Sequence record: PV654397.1 | Length of the DNA stretch: 64,000 nucleotides | Direction: 5' to 3' (one strand) | Part shown: positions 8,328 to 18,500 of the stretch, piece after piece | Layout of the letters: each line of letters begins with the position of its first letter | Numbering within the stretch: position 1 is the first letter of the stretch | Made by a program: the position numbers and the translations under genes | Notes under the pieces: generated by a model | Database searches by the model: none | Seen by the model: only the letters and a program-made list of their open reading frames with translations | Told to the model about the DNA's origin: nothing

Positions 8328-10991
8328 ATGGCAGATACAAGTAAGAAATATGCCCAACAACAGTTGGGTCGTTTTGACCCTTCGTATCCACAACTAGCAA
8401 CCGTGATGGATAACCGTGACCCAACTAAATCCGGTAAGCTAAAAGTGTGGATTCAAGGTTCACAAAGTGATAAAAATTCAAAAGAGTCATGGATTGAAGC
8501 ATCATACATGTCTCCATTCGCTGGTAAAACTCCAGGGATACCAAGTGCTGATGCTTATGGTCAATATCCAAAGGGATATGGTTTTTGGGCGGTTCCACCT
8601 GATGTTGGGTGTACCGTTGTTGTTATATTTGCACAAGCAAGAACATTCCAAGCGTATTGGATTGGTTGTGTTTATGACCAACGTATGAATACGATGGTTC
8701 CTGGGATGGCTACTGAAATAAGCAACTATGCTGGTACTGATATGCCATTACCCGTAACTGATTATGACCGTAATACAATTTCTACCAGTACTCAAGACAA
8801 ATATGCAAACGTGCCAATTATTGCAGGTCTGAAAAAACAAAACTTACTTTATGATGAGGAAGCTGGTGTCGCAAACCGTAGTAGTACTCGCCAAACTACC
8901 AGTACTGTTTATGGTCTTTCCTCACCTCGTGGTAACAGTTTTATTATTGATGATGGTTACACAGAAGAAGAATTAACAGCACCTACATGGGATCAAGATC
9001 CAGATGGTTATCAGGATACCCAATTCAATAACCCAGTGAACGATACTCGTGTTGGTTCTCGTAAAAATGAAGGCGTTGTAATTAAAACACGTAGTGGTGC
9101 ACAGTTGTTGTTATCTGAAGCCTCTGGTGATGTTCTTTTAATTAACCGTGATGGTACTGCACGTATTAAATTCACTGGTGAAGGTGATATTGAAATGCAC
9201 TGTGATAAGAATATTAACATTCGTGCAGGTCAAGATATTAACATGGTTGCTGGACGCTCATATAATATTGAAAGTGGAGCAGACTTCAATGCTCGTGTTG
9301 GTGCAAACACTAAACTAGATTTGGTTGGTGCATTGGATGCTAAAGTTGGTGGTCAGGTTGTTATTAACGCTGGAGCAGATTTACGTTTAGTAACAGCAGC
9401 TTCATTACGTATGCAAAGTGGTAGCAGTACTGATATAACTGCTGGTTCTAATGCGTCAATCTCTGCTGCTACCAGTGCTAATCTTATTGGTTCTTCATCA
9501 GCTATTATTAGTGGTGGTGGTCAAACTCTTACTGTTAACAGTGGTGGTAATAGTGGTACTGCTGAATTTAATGCACCAAACTTCCGCACCCCATCTGCTG
9601 GCTTGAATGATCATATACATGATATATCGGCTTGGGTTGATGCTGAGAATCACGGCAGTACTGTTGAACCTCCACGTCAAGGTGGTGGTAATGGGAATAG
9701 TGAATCCCCAGTTCAACCTGAACCTGCTAATGATGTAGCTCCAACTTTAGCTCCAGTACAGGACACTGAAGCAATTCAATATGTAAATTATACAACAGAA
9801 ACAGAACAAGTTCAAACACAAGATTTAATGACTTCTGATCCTGGTATGACTGGTTATAGCATTACGTATGAAGGTCTTCATATGTTCATGCCGTGTAGTG
9901 GAACCATTCGCCAATACGGTTATTGGGGGAAAGGTGTCCCGACTAGTGGTGGTGGTAAAGCTGATAGAAGTGGCTGGGAAATACAGTGCAAGGGTGATGT
10001 TGTAGCTCCAGATGGCGGTGTAGTTGTTATCACTAATGGTGCTTTATTGGTTCAACATAAGTCTGGATATAAATCTGTATTTTATAATATTCAATCAGAT
10101 TTGCTCAATAAAGACGTTGTTCAAAAAGGTCAAGTTATCGGTAAAGCTAATGGTGTTATTCAATTTGAAATAAGAGTAACCTCTGCCAACGTACTAGGAT
10201 TTAGTGGTTCAGTTGACCCTGGATTATTCTACGCATCGCAGACTGGTACAGGTTCTGAAGCGGGAAATAAAACATTAATTGCAGGACAAGCAACGAACCA
10301 AGCAGCACCGAAAGCTGTTGTTCAACCTTCTGTTGATAGTGATGAATTAGTTGTAACAACTAAAATTAAAACTATCGGTACTGGGTATTCTCAACGTGGT
10401 TCTCGTCATGTTCCTCGTCGTAGAAGAACACAACGTTCAGGTGGTACTCCAGCACCTACTGCACAAGAATCATACAATGTGGGTAATGTTGATAAGACTG
10501 CAATTGATTGGAAAGTTGTTCCAGGTGATTCACAATTTATTTCTGAATTGAAAGAATATGAAGGAACAATGGCGTATCAACAAGCTAAAGGATATTACCG
10601 CAATGGTAAATTCTGGAGATATTTGGACAGTCGTGGGTTCCCAACCATCGGATACGGACACTTGATCGTTAATGGGGAAAACTTCTCTGGTGGTATTACT
10701 GAACAGGAAGCCAATGATATGTTGGTTCGTGATAGTAGTAAGGCTATATATGATGCTAAATCAATCTACGCTTCTTATAAGATGAAAACACCTTACATGG
10801 CACAACAAGTTCTATGTCAAATGGTATTCCAGATGGGTAAAGGTGGTGTAATGAAATTTAAGATGATGCTATCTGAAATGGCAAAAGGTAACTACAAGCA
10901 AGCTGCTGCTCAAATTCGAAATTCAGCTTGGTATCGTCAAACTACACGCCGTGCTGAATTAATGGCACGTAGATTAGAGGCATGTCAATAA
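8328..10991 (+). CDS. 5: Central baseplate spike (gp5/VgrG-like): OB fold, beta-helix, HxH apex, degenerate M23-like domain, C-terminal T4-type lysozyme
   Basis: ATVMDNRDPTKSGKLKVWI and GFWAVPPDVG OB fold; beta-helix repeats; NDHIH; lysozyme motifs EYEG, YLDSRGFPTIGYGHL, MVFQMG, WYRQTTRRA. Confidence 0.85.
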   Translation: MADTSKKYAQQQLGRFDPSYPQLATVMDNRDPTKSGKLKVWIQGSQSDKNSKESWIEASYMSPFAGKTPGIPSADAYGQYPKGYGFWAVPPDVGCTVVVIFAQARTFQAYWIGCVYDQRMNTMVPGMATEISNYAGTDMPLPVTDYDRNTISTSTQDKYANVPIIAGLKKQNLLYDEEAGVANRSSTRQTTSTVYGLSSPRGNSFIIDDGYTEEELTAPTWDQDPDGYQDTQFNNPVNDTRVGSRKNEGVVIKTRSGAQLLLSEASGDVLLINRDGTARIKFTGEGDIEMHCDKNINIRAGQDINMVAGRSYNIESGADFNARVGANTKLDLVGALDAKVGGQVVINAGADLRLVTAASLRMQSGSSTDITAGSNASISAATSANLIGSSSAIISGGGQTLTVNSGGNSGTAEFNAPNFRTPSAGLNDHIHDISAWVDAENHGSTVEPPRQGGGNGNSESPVQPEPANDVAPTLAPVQDTEAIQYVNYTTETEQVQTQDLMTSDPGMTGYSITYEGLHMFMPCSGTIRQYGYWGKGVPTSGGGKADRSGWEIQCKGDVVAPDGGVVVITNGALLVQHKSGYKSVFYNIQSDLLNKDVVQKGQVIGKANGVIQFEIRVTSANVLGFSGSVDPGLFYASQTGTGSEAGNKTLIAGQATNQAAPKAVVQPSVDSDELVVTTKIKTIGTGYSQRGSRHVPRRRRTQRSGGTPAPTAQESYNVGNVDKTAIDWKVVPGDSQFISELKEYEGTMAYQQAKGYYRNGKFWRYLDSRGFPTIGYGHLIVNGENFSGGITEQEANDMLVRDSSKAIYDAKSIYASYKMKTPYMAQQVLCQMVFQMGKGGVMKFKMMLSEMAKGNYKQAAAQIRNSAWYRQTTRRAELMARRLEACQ

Positions 10992-11003
10992 ATATTTCAG
11001 TAC

Positions 11004-11011
11004 TATAAATA
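11004..11011 (+). promoter_or_regulatory. Late promoter TATAAATA
   Basis: Exact consensus 17 bp upstream of the lysozyme ATG. Confidence 0.65.
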
Positions 11012-11028
11012 ATAATGAGGAAATCTTT

Positions 11029-11517
11029 ATGAGTAAATGGGAAATCAAAAATACCGACGAACAATTTTTTAAAGAAATTAAAGAATTTGAAGGTACTATT
11101 GCGTATCAGAAAAAACTTGGTTATTTTAAAAATGATAAGTTTTGGGTATATAAAGACAGTCTAGGTCTTGATACCATTGGTTACGGTCACCTTGTACTTA
11201 AGGGTGAAAGTTTCAAAAATGGACTCACTGAAGCAGAAGCTGATGCTCTCCTTATAAAAGATGCTCAGACCGCTTACAATGACGCAAAATCAATCTATGA
11301 TCAATTTGGAATGACTGCTCCAGTACAGGTTCAGCGTGTATTGTGGTTTATGGTGTTCCAAATGGGTAAATCAAAAGTTTTAAATTTCAAAAAAGCGATG
11401 GCTGCTCTCGGTCGTGGTGATTATAAAACTGCTGGTAAAGAAATGCGTGATAGTTCGTGGTACAAACAAACCACATCCAGAGCGGAGAAGATGGCTCGCA
11501 TCGTCGAATCCGTATAA
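11029..11517 (+). CDS. T4-type (GH24) lysozyme, paralog of the spike C-terminal domain
   Basis: EFEG, YKDSLGLDTIGYGHL, MVFQMG, WYKQTTSRA; gap-free alignment to the spike lysozyme domain. Confidence 0.9.
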   Translation: MSKWEIKNTDEQFFKEIKEFEGTIAYQKKLGYFKNDKFWVYKDSLGLDTIGYGHLVLKGESFKNGLTEAEADALLIKDAQTAYNDAKSIYDQFGMTAPVQVQRVLWFMVFQMGKSKVLNFKKAMAALGRGDYKTAGKEMRDSSWYKQTTSRAEKMARIVESV

Positions 11518-11532
11518 TAAAGGAAACATATA

Positions 11533-11928
11533 ATGGCAATTGTTTTTAAAGGTTTTTCAACTCCAGTAGTTGGAAGAACTGAAACATTGTATGACAGTGA
11601 ATTGGTTCGTCAGGATTTAATGAATCATTTCAATACAAAAAAAGGTGAACGTGCATTTGATGCTGATTATGGGTTCATTGCGTGGGATTTGCTATTTGAA
11701 TTGGATGGTTATAATACAATCAACCTTTTGGAAGCAGATGCCCGTAGAATTATTAGCTTGGACCCACGTTTAAACTTAAAGAAACTTCAAATATCAAGAA
11801 TTGAGTACGGTTATCAGATGGATATAGTACTTGAATATGTTGTTCTCAATACTCTTGAAGAATTAACTATAGTTTTTGATGCAAGAAGTAACAACAGAAT
11901 GGCTACCTATTCTGTATCATCTTTGTAA
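11533..11928 (+). CDS. 25: Baseplate wedge protein gp25-like
   Basis: FKGFST, VRQDLMNHFNTKKGERAFDADYG, IISLDPRL: GPW/gp25 family pattern. Confidence 0.85.
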   Translation: MAIVFKGFSTPVVGRTETLYDSELVRQDLMNHFNTKKGERAFDADYGFIAWDLLFELDGYNTINLLEADARRIISLDPRLNLKKLQISRIEYGYQMDIVLEYVVLNTLEELTIVFDARSNNRMATYSVSSL

Positions 11929-11933
11929 ATTAT

Positions 11934-11962
11934 AAAAGCACTCTTCGGGGTGCTTTTCTTTT
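11934..11962 (+). terminator. Intrinsic terminator with C(UUCG)G tetraloop
   Basis: AAAAGCACTC-TTCG-GGGTGCTTTT then TCTTTTT. Confidence 0.85.
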
Positions 11963-11964
11963 TG

Positions 11965-11972
11965 GATAAATA
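11965..11972 (+). promoter_or_regulatory. Late promoter GATAAATA
   Basis: Immediately after the terminator, upstream of the gp6-like gene. Confidence 0.55.
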
Positions 11973-12030
11973 TTTCTATATATAATTCCCAGTACTGAAC
12001 TAGTACTTTACTGATTTAAAGGAATAAATT

Positions 12031-15000
12031 ATGTCACAACAAAAAAGGCAATCAAATTTATACGCTGGTGAAGATTGGACTCAAGTATATGAAAGCTTTT
12101 ATAAGATCAATCTAACAGCTTATGACTTTGATACAATCCGTCAAAGTATGATTGACTATCTACGTGCTACGTACCCAGATTCTTTCAACGACTGGATCGA
12201 AAACGACCAGTTCATCTTTATTCTAGATACCATTTCTATGCTAGGGCAGAACTTAGCATTCCGTATGGATTTAAACACTCGTGAGAACTTCCTAGATACT
12301 GCTACTCGTCGTGCATCAGTACTGAAACTCGCAAAAATGATTTCTTACTCTCCACGCCGTTCATATCCAGGTCGTGCAGTTGCTAAATTAACAGAAATAA
12401 AAACCAACCAAGACGTTCGTAATAGTTTTAACGAATCACTTAAGGATAAAATCATTCGTTGGAATGACCCAATGGACACAAACTGGTATGAGAACTTCAT
12501 TCTAGTTATGAACAGTTCATTTGTCAGTACTAACCAGTTTGGTAATCCGGTTAAACGTATCGATATCAATGGTGTTTCTCGTCAGCTATATCGTATGAAT
12601 ACAATTCCAATGTCAGCACCAAGTCTTCCATTCACAGCTACAGTTAATGGTGAATCGATGACATTTGAAGTTGTCAACCCTGATATTACAGCAGTTGGTG
12701 TTGAAGAGCGTCACCCTGAACCACAAGAGCAAAAATATATCGTTTATCAGAATGATGGTAACGGATTTAGTTCACCAAATACTGGTTTCTTTGTTTATTT
12801 TGTTCAAGGGACATTGACATACCAAGATTACCAATATAATATTCGTGAAGAAAACCGTATCCAAGACATCAACGTAGATAATATCAACGAAACTGATGTT
12901 TGGGTTCAGGAAATCAACGAAGATGGTATTGTACGTACTAAATGGACCAAAGTTCCATCTATGGAAAGTATCGCATACAATACTGTTAACCGTCAACTAA
13001 AAACAATCTTTGCTGTCACAACTCGTGATAAAGACCAGATTACTATTAAGTATCCTGATTCTCGTAGTGGTGTTGTTCCTCGTGGGACATATCGTGTATG
13101 GTATCGTGTTAGTAATGGTGAAACATACAACATTAAAACGTCTGAAATCCAGAACAAAAGTGTAAAATACACCTATAGAACCAAAACACAATCAAGCTAC
13201 GAATCCAGTACTTTGGATATTCGTTTCACATTGCAATATGAATCAGATCGTGCACAAAGTGCAGAAACAATTGAACAAATTAAGGCTCGTGCTCCACAAA
13301 TGTATTACACTCAAAACCGTTTTGTTAACGGCGAAGACTATAACATTGCTCCGTTGAGTTTGGGTAACACAGTTCTTAAATCTAAAGCAATTAACCGTTT
13401 ATATAGTGGACAGTCACGATTCATTGATATTAATGATCCAACTGGTAAGTATCAAAACACTGATGTGTTTAGTGATGATGGTTCAATGTATCAAGAAAAC
13501 ACACAATTTAATAAATCTTTACAATTACCAACTACCAAAACAAATGCTAGTATTGTAATTGATAATATTCAGCCATTGATTGGTGAGAATGCTGTAATCC
13601 AACGTTATCAAGCATATCCACCGAATACAATTGGTATTGAAATTCAACAAAAATGGACACCTGAATACAATTCTAATTACGCAACTAATACGTATGGTCG
13701 TATTATGGGGGCAACAGGTAACGTATTCGGAAATTATCAAGTTGGTACGTTGATTAAGTTTTCAAATGCCGGAACTACTGTGTGGGCTAGTATTGTTAGT
13801 GTTCTTGATAATGGATATTACGTTCTAAGTACTTCAGTTTCATCAAATATGCAAGCACAAGAGTACATTTTACAATACAGAACACGTTTTAATAGTGTCG
13901 AAGTGCAAGCAATCGCTGCAATGCTTGATAAAAAGACAGATTTTGTTATTATTCATGATAAAGAAACAACTTCTTGGATTCCATTAGAAATCAGTACTGA
14001 TGAAGATACTATTTCTTATAATGGAAATGAAGTTCTTGTTATGATTAACATCAAATATACTGCTGAAACATGGGAATTTGATGCGAATGGCGTTGAATAT
14101 GTGTTCGTTGGTGGTGATAAAGTTCGTTTTTACTTCGTTTCTTCTAAAAAGATAACTGATATTAGTACTGGTAGTGTTCAAAGTGACAAAATTGAAATTT
14201 TATCATCAAATACCACAAGCAATAGTAATGCTGGGTTGACAAGTAACATAGATTTCCAAATTTATGACACAATTCAACAAGAAAACGGGTATCTTGATGG
14301 TTCTCGTGTGGTTATCACCTCTGAAAACGTTGATAGTAATGGAATCCCACTAGAACCTAATCAATTCAGAGAAATTGTACCAAATTGGACTGGTGAAGAT
14401 TCAGTTAAATATGGTGGTATATTGGTTTTCCAAGAAAACGATGATTTCACTATATCAGTACTGTCATTACCGAACGATACTTTCACTATTCTTGATTCTT
14501 CATGGGCTTATACAATGGATCAGGCACTTGCAGAAACTAATGCGTATAAGAGAAGTGAATTTGTTCGCAACAATGCTATTCGCTCAACAACATTGAGTGG
14601 TATCTATAGTAAAGGTTCAGGCTTTATGGTTGGCTTTAAATACGATGGTAAATATTACTTCATAGAACAAACTGTTGGTAATAATAATGGCCGTTTAAAC
14701 CAATTAATTGAGAACTTGACCTATTCTGATGATACAACTGCTGCAACTCCTGAACTTGCGTTTTATCGTGCTATTGTTAATATCGGTACTAATGCTGATG
14801 CTAACCAAAAGTTAGATTATTATGGTTATAAAGATGTAACTTCACAATATACCGTAAAAACGAATGCAAGAACTGGTATTGACTTCCACTGGAAACATTA
14901 TGCACCAGATGATAATCGCATTGACCCAAGTAGAACAAACTTGATTGACATGTATGTATTAACCAATTCATACAAAACTGAAGTTGATGTATGGTTGAAG

Positions 15001-15492
15001 AATGGAACACAAGGTAATATGCCTAAACCACCAACATCTGTCGAATTGAAAGACATTTTTAAAGAAGTTGAACAAAAAATAGTCATCAGTGACAGTATTA
15101 TTTGGCATAGTGCAGAATATCTACCATTATTTGGTGCGAGTGCTGCTGAAGATTATAAAGCAGATTTCAAAGTCGTCAAATTGCCTAACAGTACAATGAG
15201 TGATGATGAAATTCGTCAAAATGTCGTAGCACTAACTAACGAGTATTTTAATGTTGACAACTGGGATTTTGGTGAAAGTTTCTATTACACAGACTTGTGT
15301 ACATACATTCACTCCCAATTAGGACGACATATTAGTACTATTGTTATCGTAGCTCAAAACCCTAACTCTAAATTTGGCTCACTATTTGAAATCCCTTCAC
15401 GTTCTGACCAGATTTTCTTAAGTACTGCATCAGTTGATAACGTACAGATAGTCAATTCCTTGGCTAAGAGTAACATTAACATTGGTTCATAA
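12031..15492 (+). CDS. 6: Baseplate wedge protein gp6-like (enlarged)
   Basis: LTAYDFDTIRQSMIDYLR, ENFLDTATRRASVLKLAKMISYSP, ETIEQIKARAP..YYTQNRFVNGEDY. Confidence 0.85.
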   Translation: MSQQKRQSNLYAGEDWTQVYESFYKINLTAYDFDTIRQSMIDYLRATYPDSFNDWIENDQFIFILDTISMLGQNLAFRMDLNTRENFLDTATRRASVLKLAKMISYSPRRSYPGRAVAKLTEIKTNQDVRNSFNESLKDKIIRWNDPMDTNWYENFILVMNSSFVSTNQFGNPVKRIDINGVSRQLYRMNTIPMSAPSLPFTATVNGESMTFEVVNPDITAVGVEERHPEPQEQKYIVYQNDGNGFSSPNTGFFVYFVQGTLTYQDYQYNIREENRIQDINVDNINETDVWVQEINEDGIVRTKWTKVPSMESIAYNTVNRQLKTIFAVTTRDKDQITIKYPDSRSGVVPRGTYRVWYRVSNGETYNIKTSEIQNKSVKYTYRTKTQSSYESSTLDIRFTLQYESDRAQSAETIEQIKARAPQMYYTQNRFVNGEDYNIAPLSLGNTVLKSKAINRLYSGQSRFIDINDPTGKYQNTDVFSDDGSMYQENTQFNKSLQLPTTKTNASIVIDNIQPLIGENAVIQRYQAYPPNTIGIEIQQKWTPEYNSNYATNTYGRIMGATGNVFGNYQVGTLIKFSNAGTTVWASIVSVLDNGYYVLSTSVSSNMQAQEYILQYRTRFNSVEVQAIAAMLDKKTDFVIIHDKETTSWIPLEISTDEDTISYNGNEVLVMINIKYTAETWEFDANGVEYVFVGGDKVRFYFVSSKKITDISTGSVQSDKIEILSSNTTSNSNAGLTSNIDFQIYDTIQQENGYLDGSRVVITSENVDSNGIPLEPNQFREIVPNWTGEDSVKYGGILVFQENDDFTISVLSLPNDTFTILDSSWAYTMDQALAETNAYKRSEFVRNNAIRSTTLSGIYSKGSGFMVGFKYDGKYYFIEQTVGNNNGRLNQLIENLTYSDDTTAATPELAFYRAIVNIGTNADANQKLDYYGYKDVTSQYTVKTNARTGIDFHWKHYAPDDNRIDPSRTNLIDMYVLTNSYKTEVDVWLKNGTQGNMPKPPTSVELKDIFKEVEQKIVISDSIIWHSAEYLPLFGASAAEDYKADFKVVKLPNSTMSDDEIRQNVVALTNEYFNVDNWDFGESFYYTDLCTYIHSQLGRHISTIVIVAQNPNSKFGSLFEIPSRSDQIFLSTASVDNVQIVNSLAKSNINIGS

Positions 15493-15498
15493 CACATT

Positions 15499-15524
15499 AA
15501 GGCGTTCTTCGGAACGTCTTTTTT
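15499..15524 (+). terminator. Intrinsic terminator with C(UUCG)G tetraloop
   Basis: AAGGCGTTC-TTCG-GAACGTCTT followed by T-tract. Confidence 0.85.
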
Positions 15525-15528
15525 ATAT

Positions 15529-15536
15529 CATAAATA
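15529..15536 (+). promoter_or_regulatory. Late promoter CATAAATA
   Basis: After the terminator, upstream of the giant structural gene. Confidence 0.55.
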
Positions 15537-15572
15537 AATCAAATGAATGAACGAATTATATGGAGTCCAAAA

Positions 15573-18500
15573 ATGACTAATAATTTTAAGTTTCAACCTA
15601 CACAGATGGCTGAAGCAGTACAGAAGAAGCTTTTCATAAAAAGATTGCCTGAGTGGATGCAAGGCTTAGAAGATATTCAGAAAGTCAGTGATGATGTTAT
15701 CCAACAATGGTTTAATCCGGCTGAAAACGAATTAGTTGACGGCTACATTGGTGACATGGGTTCTCCGGCAGCAGCAGGGAACATCTTCTTACACGAGTCA
15801 ACAGTCGCACGTCAACTATATCAGTTGTCCTCTGCGTATGTCTCAAGAAATGATGACTCCAGCATTCGTTCAATTCAATTTTATGATGATCTAGTTGGTT
15901 ATATGAATCATTACGGTGCACTAACCGAAAATGAAAGCCGTTTGTTTAATGGTAAGTTCTATTCATGGACCCCACCAATTAACCCAAATAAAATGAACAA
16001 CTACAGTTCATACCTATGGGATTCCAAGAATAGCTATAATATCACAACTCCAGATTATATTGTAATGGAACGTGGTGCAGAAAATGGTAACACTTGGTCA
16101 CTACAAAACTTCTGGTACACATTAGGTGAAACTTTAGAAGATGGTACAATCCTAACTGAAGAACTAATGCAAGATTCCCGTTTTGTTCGTGCTCGTGCTC
16201 CAATTATCGAATACAATAAAAATATCGAACTAATGAACTACGGTACTAAATTCCGTGGGACAGTTGATTTGTTCTCTGATATTATTAAACCAGAAGATAT
16301 CGTACAAAAAGATATTAACAGCGGTATACGTATTGATGGTATTATTCCACAAGATGGTATGCGTATTCTTTTCACCAGTATTGGTAACAATGGTGAAAAC
16401 AACCGAATTTATAAAGTATATGTTAAACGTATGCAAGATGGAACACGTGTGTATGGTCTAGCATTAGATCCAGACGAAGAATCTGAAAGCCGTCCGAGTG
16501 GTGAACCACAAGATGGTGACGTAGTTCTTATTATCAAAGGTAATGAATTTGGTAACAGTTCCATGTATTGGGACGGTTCTCATTGGATTCAAGCACAGTC
16601 TAAAACTTCTGTGAACGTATTTCCACAATTCCAATTGTATGACCGTAATGGTGTTAAACTAAACAACACTACTACCTATCCATCAAGTACTTTTACTGGT
16701 TCTTCACTATTTGGTTTTAAAATTAACTATAATTATGCAACTGATAGCGTTTATGGTTATAACATTGAACTAGGTGATTACAATTATTACACATATGAGA
16801 ATTTCCTACAATCAACTCGTTATACTTACGAGCATTTGGGTGTGGAAGTTGAAATTGATGGACTATATTACTATAACGTAATTGGTGAAGGTAATACAAT
16901 GAACCTAGAAACTGATTGGGTTCGTAGTACTGAATACTCCAAACAATATGTTAAACAAACTCCACAGGTTGAACGTACAGTAATGTTCCGCGTGTTCAGT
17001 ACTGTTTATGACATGGAAAGTTTCAAATATCCAGTTGAAGGAATGTATGCTTATGTAATTGAAGTTGATAGAACATATCAATATTACAAAGCAGAACGTG
17101 AAACATATCTTGATTGGCATGTTATCGTTGGTGATGGGGTACAAAGCGTTAAGTACAATCATACATTTGAATTGGCACAAAAAGTACTAGATAATTCTGA
17201 TGATATTATCGAACTAGTTGTTGATGGTGTGGAAATAAAAGAATACACCAAAACTGTAGTTAATAATCAAGTACAAAGTATTACAATTGATAGCTCTGTT
17301 GATTTGGATGAAGATTCTGTTGTACAAATCAGAACTTATAGTAGCACTATCACTCCTAATAAAGAGTTGGGTGCATATGAAGTTCCAATTAACCTACAAA
17401 ATAACCCATATAATTCAAACATTGAATACATCAACCAAGGTGATTACACCCTACACTTCCAAGATATTATTCAAAAGAATATTACATCTGGTTCTGCTGA
17501 TGACTTTAACAATTACGAAGAACGTTTGGCTGCTGGTTTGGTTAATAATGGTGTAGGCACTAAAATTATTCAAAACGAAGCGTCCATGTTACCACTAATG
17601 GCACATACCGCTAATGAAGATATTGATTTGTTTGAATCAATCATGTTTATGCAAGCAGAATACTTCCGCTTCATTAACAAGTTCAACACTCAAATGCTTC
17701 GTTTGTATGAAGAAGACCCAAGTGCTTTTCTTGGTAATAGTGCATCAAACATCGTAGATGCGATTCTAACAGCTATTAATATGGGACGTGATAGTACATT
17801 CCCATTCTACTATGACAACGTTGCAAGCACTGCTGGGTTTATTCGTGCATTTGTCCCACCAACTCCACAGTTCTTGGGTATTTTGCAAGCTTATACACCA
17901 CAAAAAGCAACATTCTTAACTGCTGGTAGTAAATCTAGCTGGTATAATATCAGTCATACTGGTATTATTTCAAAAGCATACCGTGTTATCAATGGTGTTG
18001 ATAAAATGGATGACGTTGTTTTCGAATTGGAGAATCGTATCTTTAATAGTATTGACCTTACTTTCAAGGATATTGATTATAAACCAGTACTAAACAGTGA
18101 AGACCTATTCCCAACTCCATATTTCACTGGTACTGATTATAGTGCAGAAGAAAAGAAAACTCTATTACTACGTGGTTACATTAACTTCACAGCAACCAAT
18201 GGTATTAGTAACAGTACTCATGATTATGATGCAAATAACTGGAGAACTTGGAACTATACTGGTAGTTATTATGTTGTTGATGGTCAACGTACTGAAATTC
18301 CTGCTCGTGGCTCATGGCGTGCAATCTATACTGACCAATATGGCACATATCGTCCAGCAACCCATCCGTGGGAAATGATGGGCTTCTCTCAACGTCCTAC
18401 TTGGTGGAACCAAGAATACGAACCAACCGCAGTTCAAGTTGGTGAACGTGAGGGTGATGTTGTTTATGTGTATGAAGCACTAGTAATGAATGAAAGTGGT

